From Candidatus Hydrogenedentota bacterium (GTDB lineage: Bacteria; Hydrogenedentota; Hydrogenedentia; Hydrogenedentales; SLHB01): a stretch of DNA of 64,000 nt. The notes under the pieces were generated by a model. It was not told where the DNA came from. It was given only the letters and a program-made list of their open reading frames with translations, and made no database searches. Of the stretch, positions 29,413 through 40,495 are shown one piece after another (the first letter of the stretch is position 1; each line of letters begins with the position of its first letter). Both the position numbers and the translations under genes were made by a program. Location: assembly GCA_016215105.1 (NCBI GenBank), contig JACRLJ010000052.1, positions 3,847-67,846 on the forward strand. Reading direction: 5' to 3'.

Positions 29413-31481
29413 TCAGTAATCCCCCAAGGCCTGCCCCCCCGCGTTAGGTTTGCGTGCGCCAGTTGGTTTGTCCGGCGCCGAGGGCTTCGGTTTCGCGGCC
29501 GGCTTGGGCGTGGTCTTCTTCGGCTCGGCATGGGACTCCTGCGCGGCCGTGACCGTTATCACGACACTTTGCGAAGCGCTCGACGGCGGATTGCCATTGT
29601 CGCTAACTCGAAACGTAACCGTGTACTCCCCAGAGCTCTTTGCCGGCGGCGTCCAGGTGAAAGTGCGCGAAGCCTCGTCGAACTTGGCGTCCTTCGGAGC
29701 GTCTATCCCCATACTGTACGAAAGCTTCGCGTCGGCGGGAGCGGTTGCGTTAAGCACGAACGATACAGTGTCGCCTTCGGCGACCTGCTGCGGCTCGACA
29801 GGCTCGATCGCAATCTTGGCCTTTTCGTTCACGGTGATGTTTACCGTAATCGTTTCCGTCCGCTCGGGCGTGGACCGGTCGGTCGCTGTGAAGGCTGGCG
29901 CGTAATGGCCCGCGTTGCCGCCTTCGGTCTTCCACGCGAACGCGGCCGTAGCGGGGTCGAACTTTGCCCCGGCCGGTAATTTGTCCGCAGTCACGTTAAG
30001 GTCTTTAAGCTCCGCTCCCTTTACCGCCAGCGCGAACTCGACGGTGTCTCCTTCGGTAACGACGTGTTCTTTCACGGCGTCGAGAACAAGCTTTTCTTTA
30101 ACGACAGGCGTCTTGGGAGGCGCTGGAGGCTGTGGCGGAGGCGTCGCGGGCGACGGTTCCATGGCAGGTACCGCCGGTTTGGGAGTGGTGTCCTTCGTCT
30201 CCGCGGGCTCTTGCTTCGCTTCCGTTTGGGTCGGCTGACGATGCGTCCACCAATAATATCCCCCCGCCACCGCGCTACCCGCTATGATGGCGAACGCTAC
30301 GAGCATACCTAGGATGAGCGCGAGCGCTTTTGCCGGGGCGTTCTTTTGCTCCGTGCCGCACGCCGCCGGGATTTTCAAGGACTCCTGCGGCATTGGGGCT
30401 TCCGTCTTCGGCGTGTCCACGTGGGCGGCGCCGTCAATGGCCTCGATGTCCTTGCGGAAGTCGGCCGCCGAAGGATAACGGTTTTTAGGACTCTTCTGGA
30501 GCGCCTTCATCAAAATGTTCTGCAGTTGTTTGGATATTTTTGGGTTCCGTGTACACGGGTCCGGGGGCTCGACATTGGTATGTGCGTTGAGCAACTGCGT
30601 ATAGCTTCCCTCGAACGGGATGCTCAGAGTGAGCATCTCATACAGCGTAATGCCCATCGCATAAATATCCGCAGCCGGGCCAACCGGACCAAAACGGGAC
30701 TGGTCGATTTGTTCGGGCGCCATATAGGCGGGAGTACCAGGACCGGGTCCGTCCGCTCGAGTCAGGGCGGTGCCTTCATCGGCCTCGCCAGGCTCCTGAA
30801 GCGCCTTTCCGATTCCAAAGTCCATCACCTTCGCGATTAGTTCGTTCTTATGGCCGCGAGTCACGAGAATGTTGCTGGGTTTGATATCTCGATGCAGGAT
30901 TCCCCTGCTATGCGCGAAGTCCAGCGCCTCAAGGCACTGCTCCACTATGAGCAGTGCGTCCTTCTGGTCGAGTACCGGCAACGTCCCCGAGTCGGCCATC
31001 GGCACGGTTGCGCCGACCTCGGGCGTGGGCGACGTGGGCATCGTCGCAGCAGGGTCAACTGACGCTAATGGGACCGTAGCAGCGGACTGTACAGCCGGGA
31101 CGCGCTCTGAACCGGCCCCCCAATAGGCGTACCTGTCCGCGGCCGCACGGACACTTGACGTGTACGGTTCAGAAGCTCCGCGATGGTCTCGCCAGGAACG
31201 AATTCCATGACCAGGATCACGTTCTCCTCGTGAACCAGCCGATCAAACAGGGTGACAATGTGAGGGTGTGAGCCGAGCTTGGCGAGGATACGGCACTCGT
31301 TTTCGAGACGTTTATGCACCTCGGGCCTCATGGCCCACTCCTTGCGGAGAATCTTGAGCGCAACTTTGCGCTTCAATGTAACGTCTTCCGCAAGGTATAC
31401 GGCGCCCATGGCGCCTTCGCCCAGCGGGGCGAGCACTTTGTACCGGTTGCTGATCGTCTGGCCGATAAGAGCGACAGTCAT
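29413..31481 (-). pseudogene. Membrane Ser/Thr (Hanks-type) kinase with two extracellular Ig/cadherin-like domains, split by a homopolymer frameshift
   Basis: LGEGAMGAVY and VALK in 31065-31481; HRDIKPSN, DFG, YMAPE in 29413-31041; one extra G in the G6 run (31116-31121) would join them. Confidence 0.85.
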
Positions 31482-31937
31482 TGAAGTGTTTCCTAATCTA
31501 AGACGGCTTAGCCGCAACCACGAAGTCATTGGCTCGACTGCGCTGCCAGCAACGTCTGCGAAGGCTGCGCAGATGACGCCGGCAAAGAAGCCTATGGAAG
31601 TAGCGCGGTCTCAATACGCCGAACAACTCGCGGTATTCTATCCTATCGCCCGATGGGATTGCACGGCGCCGCGTCAAGCCCCAACAAAGCGTGACCCACG
31701 ATATTCCGGACAACCCGCGCCGAACAGGGGCTCTTCCGGCCTCGCCGCCGCTCGAGGACACTTGGGCGAAAAGACGTACTTTCCCGGTCTCCCCCCTGCC
31801 CTGCCGCGAGTACGTTGGCGCGCGACCTGTCCGGCCCACGCACTTTTTCAAGGCGCGATTGCTATGCTATAGTACCGCCACGGACGTGGAGTTCACGTCG
31901 AAGAGTAAGAGAAGACTTTGAGCCAGGGAGACCTTAG

Positions 31938-32108
31938 ATGAAAAAACTACTTGCAGTGATCATTGCATGCGCGTTCGCGTTGACGGGTATCGCCTGCGGT
32001 GGCGGCGGTGGAGCGACGGAAGACAAGCCGGGCGCCACCTCAAAAAAGGCGCGCGATAAACAGCGCGATGCGGAAGAAAAGGCCGGCGCTGCGGGACAGC
32101 AGCAGTAG
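31938..32108 (+). CDS. Small lipoprotein (56 aa, absent from the ORF track)
   Basis: MKKLLAVIIACAFALTGIAC-GGGGG..; RBS GGGAG. Confidence 0.75.
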   Translation: MKKLLAVIIACAFALTGIACGGGGGATEDKPGATSKKARDKQRDAEEKAGAAGQQQ

Positions 32109-32583
32109 TAACCGCGGTAGTGACCCGATGATTCGCATCCCGGCGCCGCGATTTTCCGGAAGCCGCGAGAGATGGCCGCGAGGCTGATTACGGTGCATTG
32201 CGGACAGACGCGGAATTGCGGGTTCGGATAGGTCGAGACTCTTGTATCTAACGCGTTGCGGGCCAGCGCCCGCCCCGCACGGAGCCGGACAGTCAAGCCG
32301 CTCACACTCATCCTGGATAGGCGCAGGGTTCTATGTGAAGCGGAGCAGCGCCATCAATGTAGTCCGGTTTGGTCTCAGCGCCGCCTGCCGAATGGCGGTG
32401 AATACCGCGCTGGCTGGCCAAATTCAACCTGGTGAAGCCGCTTCTTACTTGACTGTTCAAGTAAGCCACTTTGGGACTTGTGTCTCAAAGGGCGGTTTGG
32501 TACATTAGCGGCAATCAGGTGCAGTATAGGTGTTTTCTGTGCCCTCGCTAGAGGGTGGGCACGCTTCAATCGGAGGATTCAAA

Positions 32584-32799
32584 ATGTTCAAGAAATTTCT
32601 CACGGTCATGTTCGGTTGCTTGTTGGTCATCAGTGGTCTCGGTTGTGGCGGCGGCAGTGAGCCGGTCGTTCAGGGCACCGTCGGCACGCCCGCGTTGGAT
32701 CCAATCAAGGAGAAGGCTGCACAAGGGAAACCGCTAACCAAAACCGAGCAAAGAAAACTGGATAGCGCGCAAGACTCTGCCGCAGGCGCCACGAAATAG
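32584..32799 (+). CDS. Small lipoprotein
   Basis: MFKKFLTVMFGCLLVISGLGC-GGGS..; RBS GGAGG. Confidence 0.75.
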   Translation: MFKKFLTVMFGCLLVISGLGCGGGSEPVVQGTVGTPALDPIKEKAAQGKPLTKTEQRKLDSAQDSAAGATK

Positions 32800-32864
32800 T
32801 TTGTGCGCCTGTGCTCCAAGGGGCTGGCAGCAGGCAGACGTTGTGACACTCTTCTTTCTTCTAC

Positions 32865-32903
32865 GCATTTCTCACCGCCGGCGACGCCGGCGGTGAGAAA
32901 TGC
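32865..32903. repeat. Perfect palindrome with 19-bp arms
   Basis: GCATTTCTCACCGCCGGCG-A-CGCCGGCGGTGAGAAATGC. Confidence 0.9.
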
Positions 32904-33059
32904 ATCTCTGACCCCCTATCCAGTGACATGCGGTGTTCTGTCGCAGTTTTCGGTACACAATCCCGAATGGACTGTTCCGGTGGCCGCCGGACCGCGTATC
33001 CATAGGGAGAGTTCCCAAGTCCACTTCCTATCCGCCGAGTGTCTCGGCGAGAATGCGCC

Positions 33060-33183
33060 AGAGGCGCGGCCAGAAAGCTTCCGCTTAGCAAAACTCCGCA
33101 CGTATCCGCGCTGGCGTTGAACAGCTTGCAGGCGCTTTCTGGCCGCGCCGTGCCAAGAAGCCGACTTTCTCTGGCCGGATTCC
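33060..33183 (-). repeat. Dispersed ~120-bp palindromic repeat, copy 2
   Basis: Reverse-complement match to 11938-12059; internal IR 33063-33078 / 33134-33149. Confidence 0.8.
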
Positions 33184-33217
33184 AGCTACCCAATCTGTGC
33201 GCGGCGCTTAGCTAACC

Positions 33218-33257
33218 AAAAAGAAGACGTGGAAGGCTATGAGCCTTCCACGTCTTC
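33218..33257 (-). terminator. Rho-independent terminator of the DUF1559 gene
   Basis: 16-bp stem GAAGACGTGGAAGGCT / AGCCTTCCACGTCTTC with a T-tract on the minus strand. Confidence 0.85.
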
Positions 33258-33322
33258 GAGCAAATCTACCTACTTGAGAAGCCAGCTATGCAACAGCCGC
33301 GCTGCTCGAGCGAGGTCTCTCT

Positions 33323-34375
33323 CTACCAATAACCACCACCGCCGTGGAGGTTTGGCGGGTTGGTCTTCTTGTCCAGGGACACCTTGGCCATCGGCCAAGT
33401 CGCCTGCGAGAACTCCGACGGGTACTTCAGGAATTGAACGTGACCGTCCATATACAGGTAGTTGCCGCCGCCAGGAACGTGGTTAAACAGCGTGATCCCG
33501 GCCTGCGCGCCGTAGTCACCTCTGTCTTTCGACTTGTCCCACATGACCGGAAGCTGGGACTGAGCCGCGGACGAACCTGCGGAATTGTTGATGTCGGTGA
33601 TCAGGAAGCGCTCAATACCCTCCTTGAGGAGGTAGCAATCGGCAGGCGCGAGGAAGGCGCCGCCAGGCACAGCCGTGAGATCGACAGTGATTTTGGTATT
33701 CCATTCATGTTGAAGCTCTGTCAATACGCCGGACCCGTCGAACAAGTTGTACGCCATCTCGGAATTGTCCTGACCATTGGCAACATACGCCGCCTTTATC
33801 AGGCGGTTCATGTACGTATAGTCAAAGGTTACGACCGGGATCTTCGGGCCACCAGCAACGGTTCTAATTCTGTAGGTGCCAAAGTAGGGGGTCTCGCCTG
33901 AGCAACTGCCGACCGTACACCACGTGGCCAAGCCAGCGGCGTCCATCGGCACGAACGGGAAGTTGACGTCGCCAAGGTCCTTGAGGAAGGTTGCCTGAGC
34001 GTTGTCAGGACCCTGCCCCAACGTCACCGGTCCCGGCAATGTCGAGGAAGGGCATTTCCCGATCAGGTAGTCCGAAATGTATTCGGGATAGATCTGGTAT
34101 CCGGCCGGGCCGGCAGCGGCCGCCCACATGCCACTAGTCGGCTCGAAGTACTCATCCTCGAACGGCTGGTGATAGGGGAACAATCCGCCCTTGGACTCGT
34201 TGGCGAACATCTTGAACACCAAGCCCCATTGCTTCAGATTGTTTTGGCAGCTCGCACGGCGGGCGGCTTCACGCGCACGGGCCAATGCCGGCAGCAGAAT
34301 CGCCGCCAAGATACCGATAATTGCAATAACTACCAGTAGTTCGATAAGGGTAAAACCCTTTTTCTTCATCTTCAT
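33323..34375 (-). CDS. DUF1559 prepilin / H-X9-DG protein
   Basis: [24 protein letters not shown]; [17 protein letters not shown]. Confidence 0.92.
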   Translation of the reverse strand: MKMKKKGFTLIELLVVIAIIGILAAILLPALARAREAARRASCQNNLKQWGLVFKMFANESKGGLFPYHQPFEDEYFEPTSGMWAAAAGPAGYQIYPEYISDYLIGKCPSSTLPGPVTLGQGPDNAQATFLKDLGDVNFPFVPMDAAGLATWCTVGSCSGETPYFGTYRIRTVAGGPKIPVVTFDYTYMNRLIKAAYVANGQDNSEMAYNLFDGSGVLTELQHEWNTKITVDLTAVPGGAFLAPADCYLLKEGIERFLITDINNSAGSSAAQSQLPVMWDKSKDRGDYGAQAGITLFNHVPGGGNYLYMDGHVQFLKYPSEFSQATWPMAKVSLDKKTNPPNLHGGGGYW

Positions 34376-34869
34376 GAAAACATCTCCTCGTTCAGTAAAC
34401 AACTACCATGATTTATTAGTAATACGAACCGCAAATCATTGCGTGAAACAAACGGGGCTGGCAACTTAACCCCGTCGCCCTTTTCGAATGACATGAAACG
34501 CGCATTTCACGCTCATTCCACGAACGTAGCCGTTCTCACCTCCCCTCTGGCCAAGACCACAAGCCCATGGGGCTTCTCGACCTCGACCGGTTACTACGAA
34601 CATACCCAGCGGGTCAACAGGCGCAACGCCCACATCGCCGCTGAACCTGATAATACACTTCTTTACGGAAAAACGCAAGAGCAATAAGAGCTATTCCTGC
34701 CTGCCTGAATAGCGCGCTAAGCCGGAGGCATTTCGAGGTCCAATTCCGGGATCCGGTAGAGACGAGTGTCAATGAATTTCGCCGGAATAGGGGCATATCG
34801 CACGACAATCCGCGCGTAAGCGAAGCGAGGGTCCCGCAGTCCCGTGCCTTGACCTTCCAGGCCAGGGTT

Positions 34870-34893
34870 CTTGGGCGAGGACGCCCAAGCCAC
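34870..34893 (-). repeat. REP-like palindrome (GTGG plus hairpin)
   Basis: GTGG-CTTGGGCG-TCCT-CGCCCAAG on the minus strand. Confidence 0.45.
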
Positions 34894-35127
34894 GGGACGT
34901 GCGTTTCTTGATGTTATGTGGACCTACGATCACGCGATTCTACTTCGGCGTGCGCCGGATACGCGGAACCTTACGTGCGGATTATGGTCGCACATCATGG
35001 GCTGACTAAAGGGGCATCCCGGGTGTAGTCTAGAGGGGTACGCTTTGGCTAAACGGCGGACTACCCGGCGACGAGCGGCTGACATGGAGAGGGCACTGCA
35101 ACGTCTCATGACGATCAGAAGCAAGGA

Positions 35128-36648
35128 ATGACCCGTAGAGAGTACCTGCGCGGCGCGGTTGGCGCCGCAGCCGCGGTCGGACTTGGGCGCCTGGCGTCCG
35201 CCGGCGCCTCGGACTCCGCGCGGCGTCCCCCAAATATACTGTTTATCTTGTCGGACGAGCATAACGCAAGAGTCCTCGGGTGCTGCGGCAACGCGATTGC
35301 GCGAACGCCAAATCTCGATGCGCTAGCGAACCGCGGGGTTGTGTTTGAGAATGCGTACACGAATTCCCCCCTGTGCGTGCCGTCACGCCTGTCCATCACC
35401 TCTGGAAAGTATAGTTCGCGCGTCAGCGTGTGGAACAATGACTGCTGGCTGCCTTCGTCCGACTATCCCTCGTTGCCGCGCATTCTCGATGACGCCGGGT
35501 ACGAAACCGTACTCTGCGGCAAGATGCACTACGACCGGACCCAGCGCTATGGTTTTACGAAGGAACTTCAACCCACGACGCTAAACAACGGTACGATGAG
35601 CGGAACGGGAGGACGCCGCAAGCCGGACGACCTTGCTCCGACACCCGGGATTTCCGACCGGTTCTCGCAATTTCATCCCGGCGATTCGTCTTCCCATCTC
35701 GAACACGATCGCACCCTTACGGCGTCTGCGACGAAGTTTATCCGGGAGAGGAAGGCATCGGACAAGCCCTTCTTCTTTCTCTCCGGGTACATCACTCCCC
35801 ATTTCCCGCTTATCGTACCCGAAAAGTACTGGAAGAACTTCCAGGACAAGGTTCCACTACCGACCATTCCCGAGGGCTATCTGGACACCTTGGCGCCGAA
35901 CTACAAGCATGAACGCATCGGGTTCAACGAGGAAGACGTTCCCACCGATGTCGTCAAGAAGGGCCGCGAGTTGTACTACGGCTTGGCCCAGTGGTTTGAT
36001 GAACAAGTAGGTGAGTTGCTTAAAACGCTTGGTGACAGCGAAGTGGCTGACAACACGGTTGTGATCTACAGCAGTGACCACGGCGAAAATATGGGCGAGC
36101 ACGGACTCTGGTGGAAGAACGCGATGTTCGAACCCGCGTCTCACGTCCCGCTTATCGTAAGTTGGCCCGCGCGGTGGAAGGGCGGACAGCGCCGTTCGGG
36201 GGTGTGCTCGCTGGTTGATGTGGTGCAGACTATAGCGGATTTGGCCGGCGCGCACACTCCGAAGGACTGGAACGGCGATTCGCTGGCGGCTTATCTCAGC
36301 GACCCCAGCGACCCGTGGAAGGACATCGCGGTCAGCGAATACTACGCGCACAACATCGCGTCCGGTTTCGTCATGTTGCGAGAGGGCTCGCTGAAATACG
36401 TGTATCACACCCAGGCGGACGAAAAGCATCCGGCCCAGCGGGAACTCTACGATTTGAAGACTGACCCGGGTGAACTGACAAACCTGGCCGAGCGTCCCGA
36501 ACACAAAGAGACCATCGAGCGTTTGCACGCACGACTCATCAAGGAAGTTGGCGAAGATCCCGAGAAGACCGAACAACGGGCCCGCGTCGACTTGGCGAAG
36601 GGGTACGGACGCAAGAAAGCGGACAAAAACAGCGCGGGCGCCGCGTAA
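35128..36648 (+). CDS. Tat-exported sulfatase (choline-sulfatase-like)
   Basis: TRREYL Tat motif; PNILFILSDEH; CVPSR formylglycine motif; GKMH; SDHGE. Confidence 0.93.
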   Translation: MTRREYLRGAVGAAAAVGLGRLASAGASDSARRPPNILFILSDEHNARVLGCCGNAIARTPNLDALANRGVVFENAYTNSPLCVPSRLSITSGKYSSRVSVWNNDCWLPSSDYPSLPRILDDAGYETVLCGKMHYDRTQRYGFTKELQPTTLNNGTMSGTGGRRKPDDLAPTPGISDRFSQFHPGDSSSHLEHDRTLTASATKFIRERKASDKPFFFLSGYITPHFPLIVPEKYWKNFQDKVPLPTIPEGYLDTLAPNYKHERIGFNEEDVPTDVVKKGRELYYGLAQWFDEQVGELLKTLGDSEVADNTVVIYSSDHGENMGEHGLWWKNAMFEPASHVPLIVSWPARWKGGQRRSGVCSLVDVVQTIADLAGAHTPKDWNGDSLAAYLSDPSDPWKDIAVSEYYAHNIASGFVMLREGSLKYVYHTQADEKHPAQRELYDLKTDPGELTNLAERPEHKETIERLHARLIKEVGEDPEKTEQRARVDLAKGYGRKKADKNSAGAA

Positions 36649-36665
36649 GGAAGGAATACGTTCCC

Positions 36666-38081
36666 ATGAGCAAACAAACACGCCGCCAATTCTTGAGGCA
36701 GGCCGGCGCCATTGGCCTTTCGTCCGCCGCGTTCAACCCACTTGCGCCGCTCTCCGTATCGGCGGCCGGGGATACCGCGCGCAAACGCAAGCCGAACGTA
36801 GTTTTCGCTTTCAGCGATCAACACCGCTGGCAGTCGCTGTCATTCACGGAGGAACCTAAGGTCAAAACTCCCAACATTGCAGCCCTGGCCGGCGAAGGCG
36901 TCTCATTTTCCCAGTGCATAAGCAACTATCCCGTGTGCTCCCCCTGTCGCGCCATCCTTCTTACCGGGCGCTGGCCTTACCAAACGGGCGTAATCGACAA
37001 CGACATCCCGCTGTCGCCGAACGAACAGACCCTCGCAAAGGCGTTCAAAGCGGCAGGATACCGCACGGGGTATATCGGTAAGTGGCACCTCGGTAGCGAA
37101 CGCGCCGAGCCATTTGGCTTCGACCATTCGCTGATTTGGACGGAAACGAATGCGCACTGGGACAAATCGCGGTATCACCCGGCGAAGGGAGAGCCCGTGC
37201 AACCGAAAGGCTACAACGCGACGCTGATGACCGATCAGGCGCTGGCCTTCATCGATGAGCATAAGACGGAGCCGTTCTTCCTGGCGCTCTCGTGGAATCC
37301 GCCCCACTCCAACTTCCTGGATGCGCCAGAAGAAGAAAAGGCGCTGTATCCCGAGGGATCTGTCCCGAGACGTCCGAACGTACCGGATGCCCCCGCGGCG
37401 AATGCGAAGACTCAAGTCGACTGGAAGCCGAATGACTGGAAAACCTCGCAAGGATACTACGGCCACGTAAGCGCCATCGATGACGAATTGGGCCGTATTG
37501 CGCGCAAGCTCGAGGAGTTGGACCTAGCGCGTGACACCATTCTCGTGTACTCGTCGGATCATGGGGATATGGGGGGATCGCACGGCGTCGGCGGGAAACG
37601 GCAGCCCTACGAAGAGTCTATCCGAGTGCCCTTCGTGCTGCGCTATCCGGGAGTAGTGCCCCCTGGCCGGAAAGAGGATGCGTTGTTTGGCGCGATTGAC
37701 ATCCCCCCCACTCTACTGGGGCTGGCCGGCATCGAAAGGCCCGCGTCGTTTGAAGGCAAGGACTTCTCGCCGCTGCTTCGGGGCGAATCATTCGACGCGC
37801 CGAAGTCGCAGCTCATCATGCACATCGCCAAAGAACACGCTTCCGGCGGCGCCAATCATCCCGCCCAACTTTTCCGAGGTGTACGAACGGACCGATACAC
37901 CTATGTGGAGTTTGTCGACGGTGGCGGCCTCCTATTCGACAACCGGACGGACCCGTATCAGAAGACGAATCTGTTTTCCGAACCCAGACTGAGCGCAACG
38001 CGAGAGACCCTGCGTACCGAGCTTCAAGACGCGCTCCGGCGCGCTCACGACCCGCTGGCCAGACCCGCGGCGCCCAGTTAA
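36666..38081 (+). CDS. Tat-exported sulfatase
   Basis: TRRQFL; PNVVFAFSDQH; CSPCR; GKWHL; SDHGD. Confidence 0.93.
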   Translation: MSKQTRRQFLRQAGAIGLSSAAFNPLAPLSVSAAGDTARKRKPNVVFAFSDQHRWQSLSFTEEPKVKTPNIAALAGEGVSFSQCISNYPVCSPCRAILLTGRWPYQTGVIDNDIPLSPNEQTLAKAFKAAGYRTGYIGKWHLGSERAEPFGFDHSLIWTETNAHWDKSRYHPAKGEPVQPKGYNATLMTDQALAFIDEHKTEPFFLALSWNPPHSNFLDAPEEEKALYPEGSVPRRPNVPDAPAANAKTQVDWKPNDWKTSQGYYGHVSAIDDELGRIARKLEELDLARDTILVYSSDHGDMGGSHGVGGKRQPYEESIRVPFVLRYPGVVPPGRKEDALFGAIDIPPTLLGLAGIERPASFEGKDFSPLLRGESFDAPKSQLIMHIAKEHASGGANHPAQLFRGVRTDRYTYVEFVDGGGLLFDNRTDPYQKTNLFSEPRLSATRETLRTELQDALRRAHDPLARPAAPS

Positions 38082-38331
38082 TCGTTGCGGCGACTTCGGA
38101 TTGTGGGCAATGACTTGGGAACAGGACGCAAGTATGCAATCAGGCCGACAGCGGTGAACGCGCCGGTTGGGGCGATGGAAGGTATCTGTCGCGCGCGCCG
38201 GTTTCGCGCAATATGTTTGCCCGTTCTCACCGCGAACTCACCCGCGCAACTGGAAAAGACCTCGCGAATTGGCCCTAATCGGAACTCCAATCTTGCTGAG
38301 GTCGGATCGGACGAACCAAGAGAAGGCTGAC

Positions 38332-38754
38332 TTAACGTCCCGGCTTGGCGGGAGCGTTCATAAGCGTTTTCATGATATCTCGATGTCCAGCCAGCTGAGC
38401 AATGTCGGACGGGGTGTCAGAGTTGTCGTTCGTTGCGCGTGGGTTCGCGCCGTATTCCAGGAGAAAATCAACGAGGTCACGGTGGCCGCCGGCCGCGGCC
38501 AGATGGAGTGGCGTCTGCCCCTGCTCACCCTTTGCATTAACCAACTTTGGATCGGCCTCGAGTACAGCTCGCAGTCCTTCAAGGTCCCCTCGCCGGGCAA
38601 GTTGAAGTACCGGGGAACTATTGGGAATTCGAGCGGCGTCCGCTTCGTTCCCGTCTTGAGCTTGCGCCGAGTTTGCTTTTCCGGAGCAGCCGCTAATCGC
38701 GCTTACGCTAAGTACCGCCAGCGCGAGTGGGAGAATCCAACTGGGTTTCAACAT
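38332..38754 (-). CDS. Ankyrin-repeat lipoprotein
   Basis: Lipobox ISGC; GQTPLHLAAAGGHRDLVDFLLEYGANP. Confidence 0.88.
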   Translation of the reverse strand: MLKPSWILPLALAVLSVSAISGCSGKANSAQAQDGNEADAARIPNSSPVLQLARRGDLEGLRAVLEADPKLVNAKGEQGQTPLHLAAAGGHRDLVDFLLEYGANPRATNDNSDTPSDIAQLAGHRDIMKTLMNAPAKPGR

Positions 38755-38881
38755 GATCGTTATGATTCCTTGTATCCGGTGGTTCGCGTTGCTTGTGTTG
38801 CGCTGTCCAGTCGAGCCACCCGGATGCCTCGACGCGCGATTCTCACAGTACTACGGAGCAAGACTGGATGAGAAGGTGGCA

Positions 38882-38918
38882 GCATAGAGGGCTCGATTTG
38901 CGTCCGAGCCCTCTATGC
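38882..38918 (-). terminator. 14-bp hairpin between DUF1559 and ankyrin genes
   Basis: GCATAGAGGGCTCG / CGAGCCCTCTATGC. Confidence 0.55.
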
Positions 38919-38962
38919 CGCAAGGTCACCCGTTATTTACAGGGGGCCAGCGGAGCAACTGA

Positions 38963-39985
38963 CTAGAGCCAATTGACGGCGAACTCCTTCACTGCCGGAA
39001 CTTGCCTGCTTCCAAACGGCTGGGGCCATCTGGCAAATTCGACGTGGCCGTCCATGAAAAGTATGTTCGTTCCGCCTGGGATGTGCCAGAATTCGCCGGG
39101 TTTGTAACCGGTACCGGGCGGAATAGTCGGATAGGGCGGCGCGACCGCCGGGGTCACGTTATACTGGGGAATGGCTGGCACAAATGATGCCTCGGTCCCG
39201 TCCCACATTACGCAGATATCGCTTTGTGCTTTGGAGGATCCCGCTGGATTGTTGATATCCGTAATTAGGAAGCGTTCTATCCCTTCCTTAATCTGGTAGT
39301 ACTTCTGACCCTTGTAGCTCTGCCAATCCTTCCATACGGCGTTCCAGGGCAGCGTTCCCCAAAATGAGTCAAAGTCGAAGACCATGTCTTCGGGCGAGGA
39401 GAACATGTTCGCGGTTATGACGTATCCAGTGTAAGAGTAGCTGTCGTAGGTTAGGTCAGTCCAGCAATTCTGCTGATAACCCGCCGCGAACGCCCTGCAA
39501 TTCGCCTTTGACATTTGCGTTGTGATGTTTTGCGCGAGGTTTACGATGGTCGGATTCGCGAAATCAGCCGTGATGGTTTTCCAGGACGGATGAATGCCAT
39601 TGCTCCATGCATAGGGATTGTCCGGATTGGCAGGCAACGATCCTGTTTGAGTCGAAGGGCAGCGCCACACCATATGATCGGCCATGTATTCCGGGAACAC
39701 AAAAGTCCAATCAATCTGTCCCCAAGGACCGCCGCTGGACACCGGTAGCGAAAGGTCGGCCGGTGCTGTGCCGGTGTAGGGCATTCTGAAGTGGGGAAAA
39801 CGCTGTCCCCGTTCCTCGTTCGCAAACATCTTGAATGCGATACCCATCTGTTTCAGGTTGTTTTGGCAACTGGCCCGCCGGGCTGCTTCACGCGCCCTCG
39901 CCAGAGCCGGCAGCAGGATTGCCGCCAGGATTCCGATGATCGCGATGACCACCAGTAGTTCGATTAGTGTAAATCCCTTCTTCAT
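38963..39985 (-). CDS. DUF1559 prepilin / H-X9-DG protein
   Basis: [17 protein letters not shown]..; [17 protein letters not shown]. Confidence 0.92.
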   Translation of the reverse strand: MKKGFTLIELLVVIAIIGILAAILLPALARAREAARRASCQNNLKQMGIAFKMFANEERGQRFPHFRMPYTGTAPADLSLPVSSGGPWGQIDWTFVFPEYMADHMVWRCPSTQTGSLPANPDNPYAWSNGIHPSWKTITADFANPTIVNLAQNITTQMSKANCRAFAAGYQQNCWTDLTYDSYSYTGYVITANMFSSPEDMVFDFDSFWGTLPWNAVWKDWQSYKGQKYYQIKEGIERFLITDINNPAGSSKAQSDICVMWDGTEASFVPAIPQYNVTPAVAPPYPTIPPGTGYKPGEFWHIPGGTNILFMDGHVEFARWPQPFGSRQVPAVKEFAVNWL

Positions 39986-40303
39986 GAATACCTCTCCTTC
40001 GGGTGAATGAGAACTGAGATTCCAGAGAAACCAACTGATTGAGACTTGATTGCGCGGAATCACCAAGAAACAAGCTATCCCGCGTGTTCTCGATAGCGCA
40101 TACCGTACGGACTATCCAACGAAGCGATGCCGTTAGTGTCTCCCCTCTCGGCGATGCGCCGTGTCTTGGCGATTGCACGCGAACGCAACTTTCCATCGCT
40201 GAACGCGCGCCGTCTCCAGTTTCCACCATCGCTGACCATTCTCCGCGGAACCCTGATACCGCAAGTCAGCGCCGAACTCTTCTTGAGAGCCTGCTGGAAC
40301 AAG

Positions 40304-40319
40304 AGCACGTTTCGTGCCA
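40304..40319 (-). promoter_or_regulatory. Sigma-54 (-24/-12) promoter facing the DUF1559-ankyrin operon
   Basis: TGGCACGAAACGTGCT: GG-N10-GC, close to the TGGCACG-N4-TTGC consensus. Confidence 0.7.
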
Positions 40320-40495
40320 TAGAGTTGAGTCGGGCCGTCGCACAGAGCAACGCGTTGATACCAATGGATCTTTAGACGAGAACAACAGAGATGAATGAAG
40401 GGATTAGGTGGCCGGACCGTCACATTCCACGGCTTGCCGCCGTATTTGACGCCCGGCCGCCACTGTGAACATGTTGGAATCGTTCGAAAAGGCAG

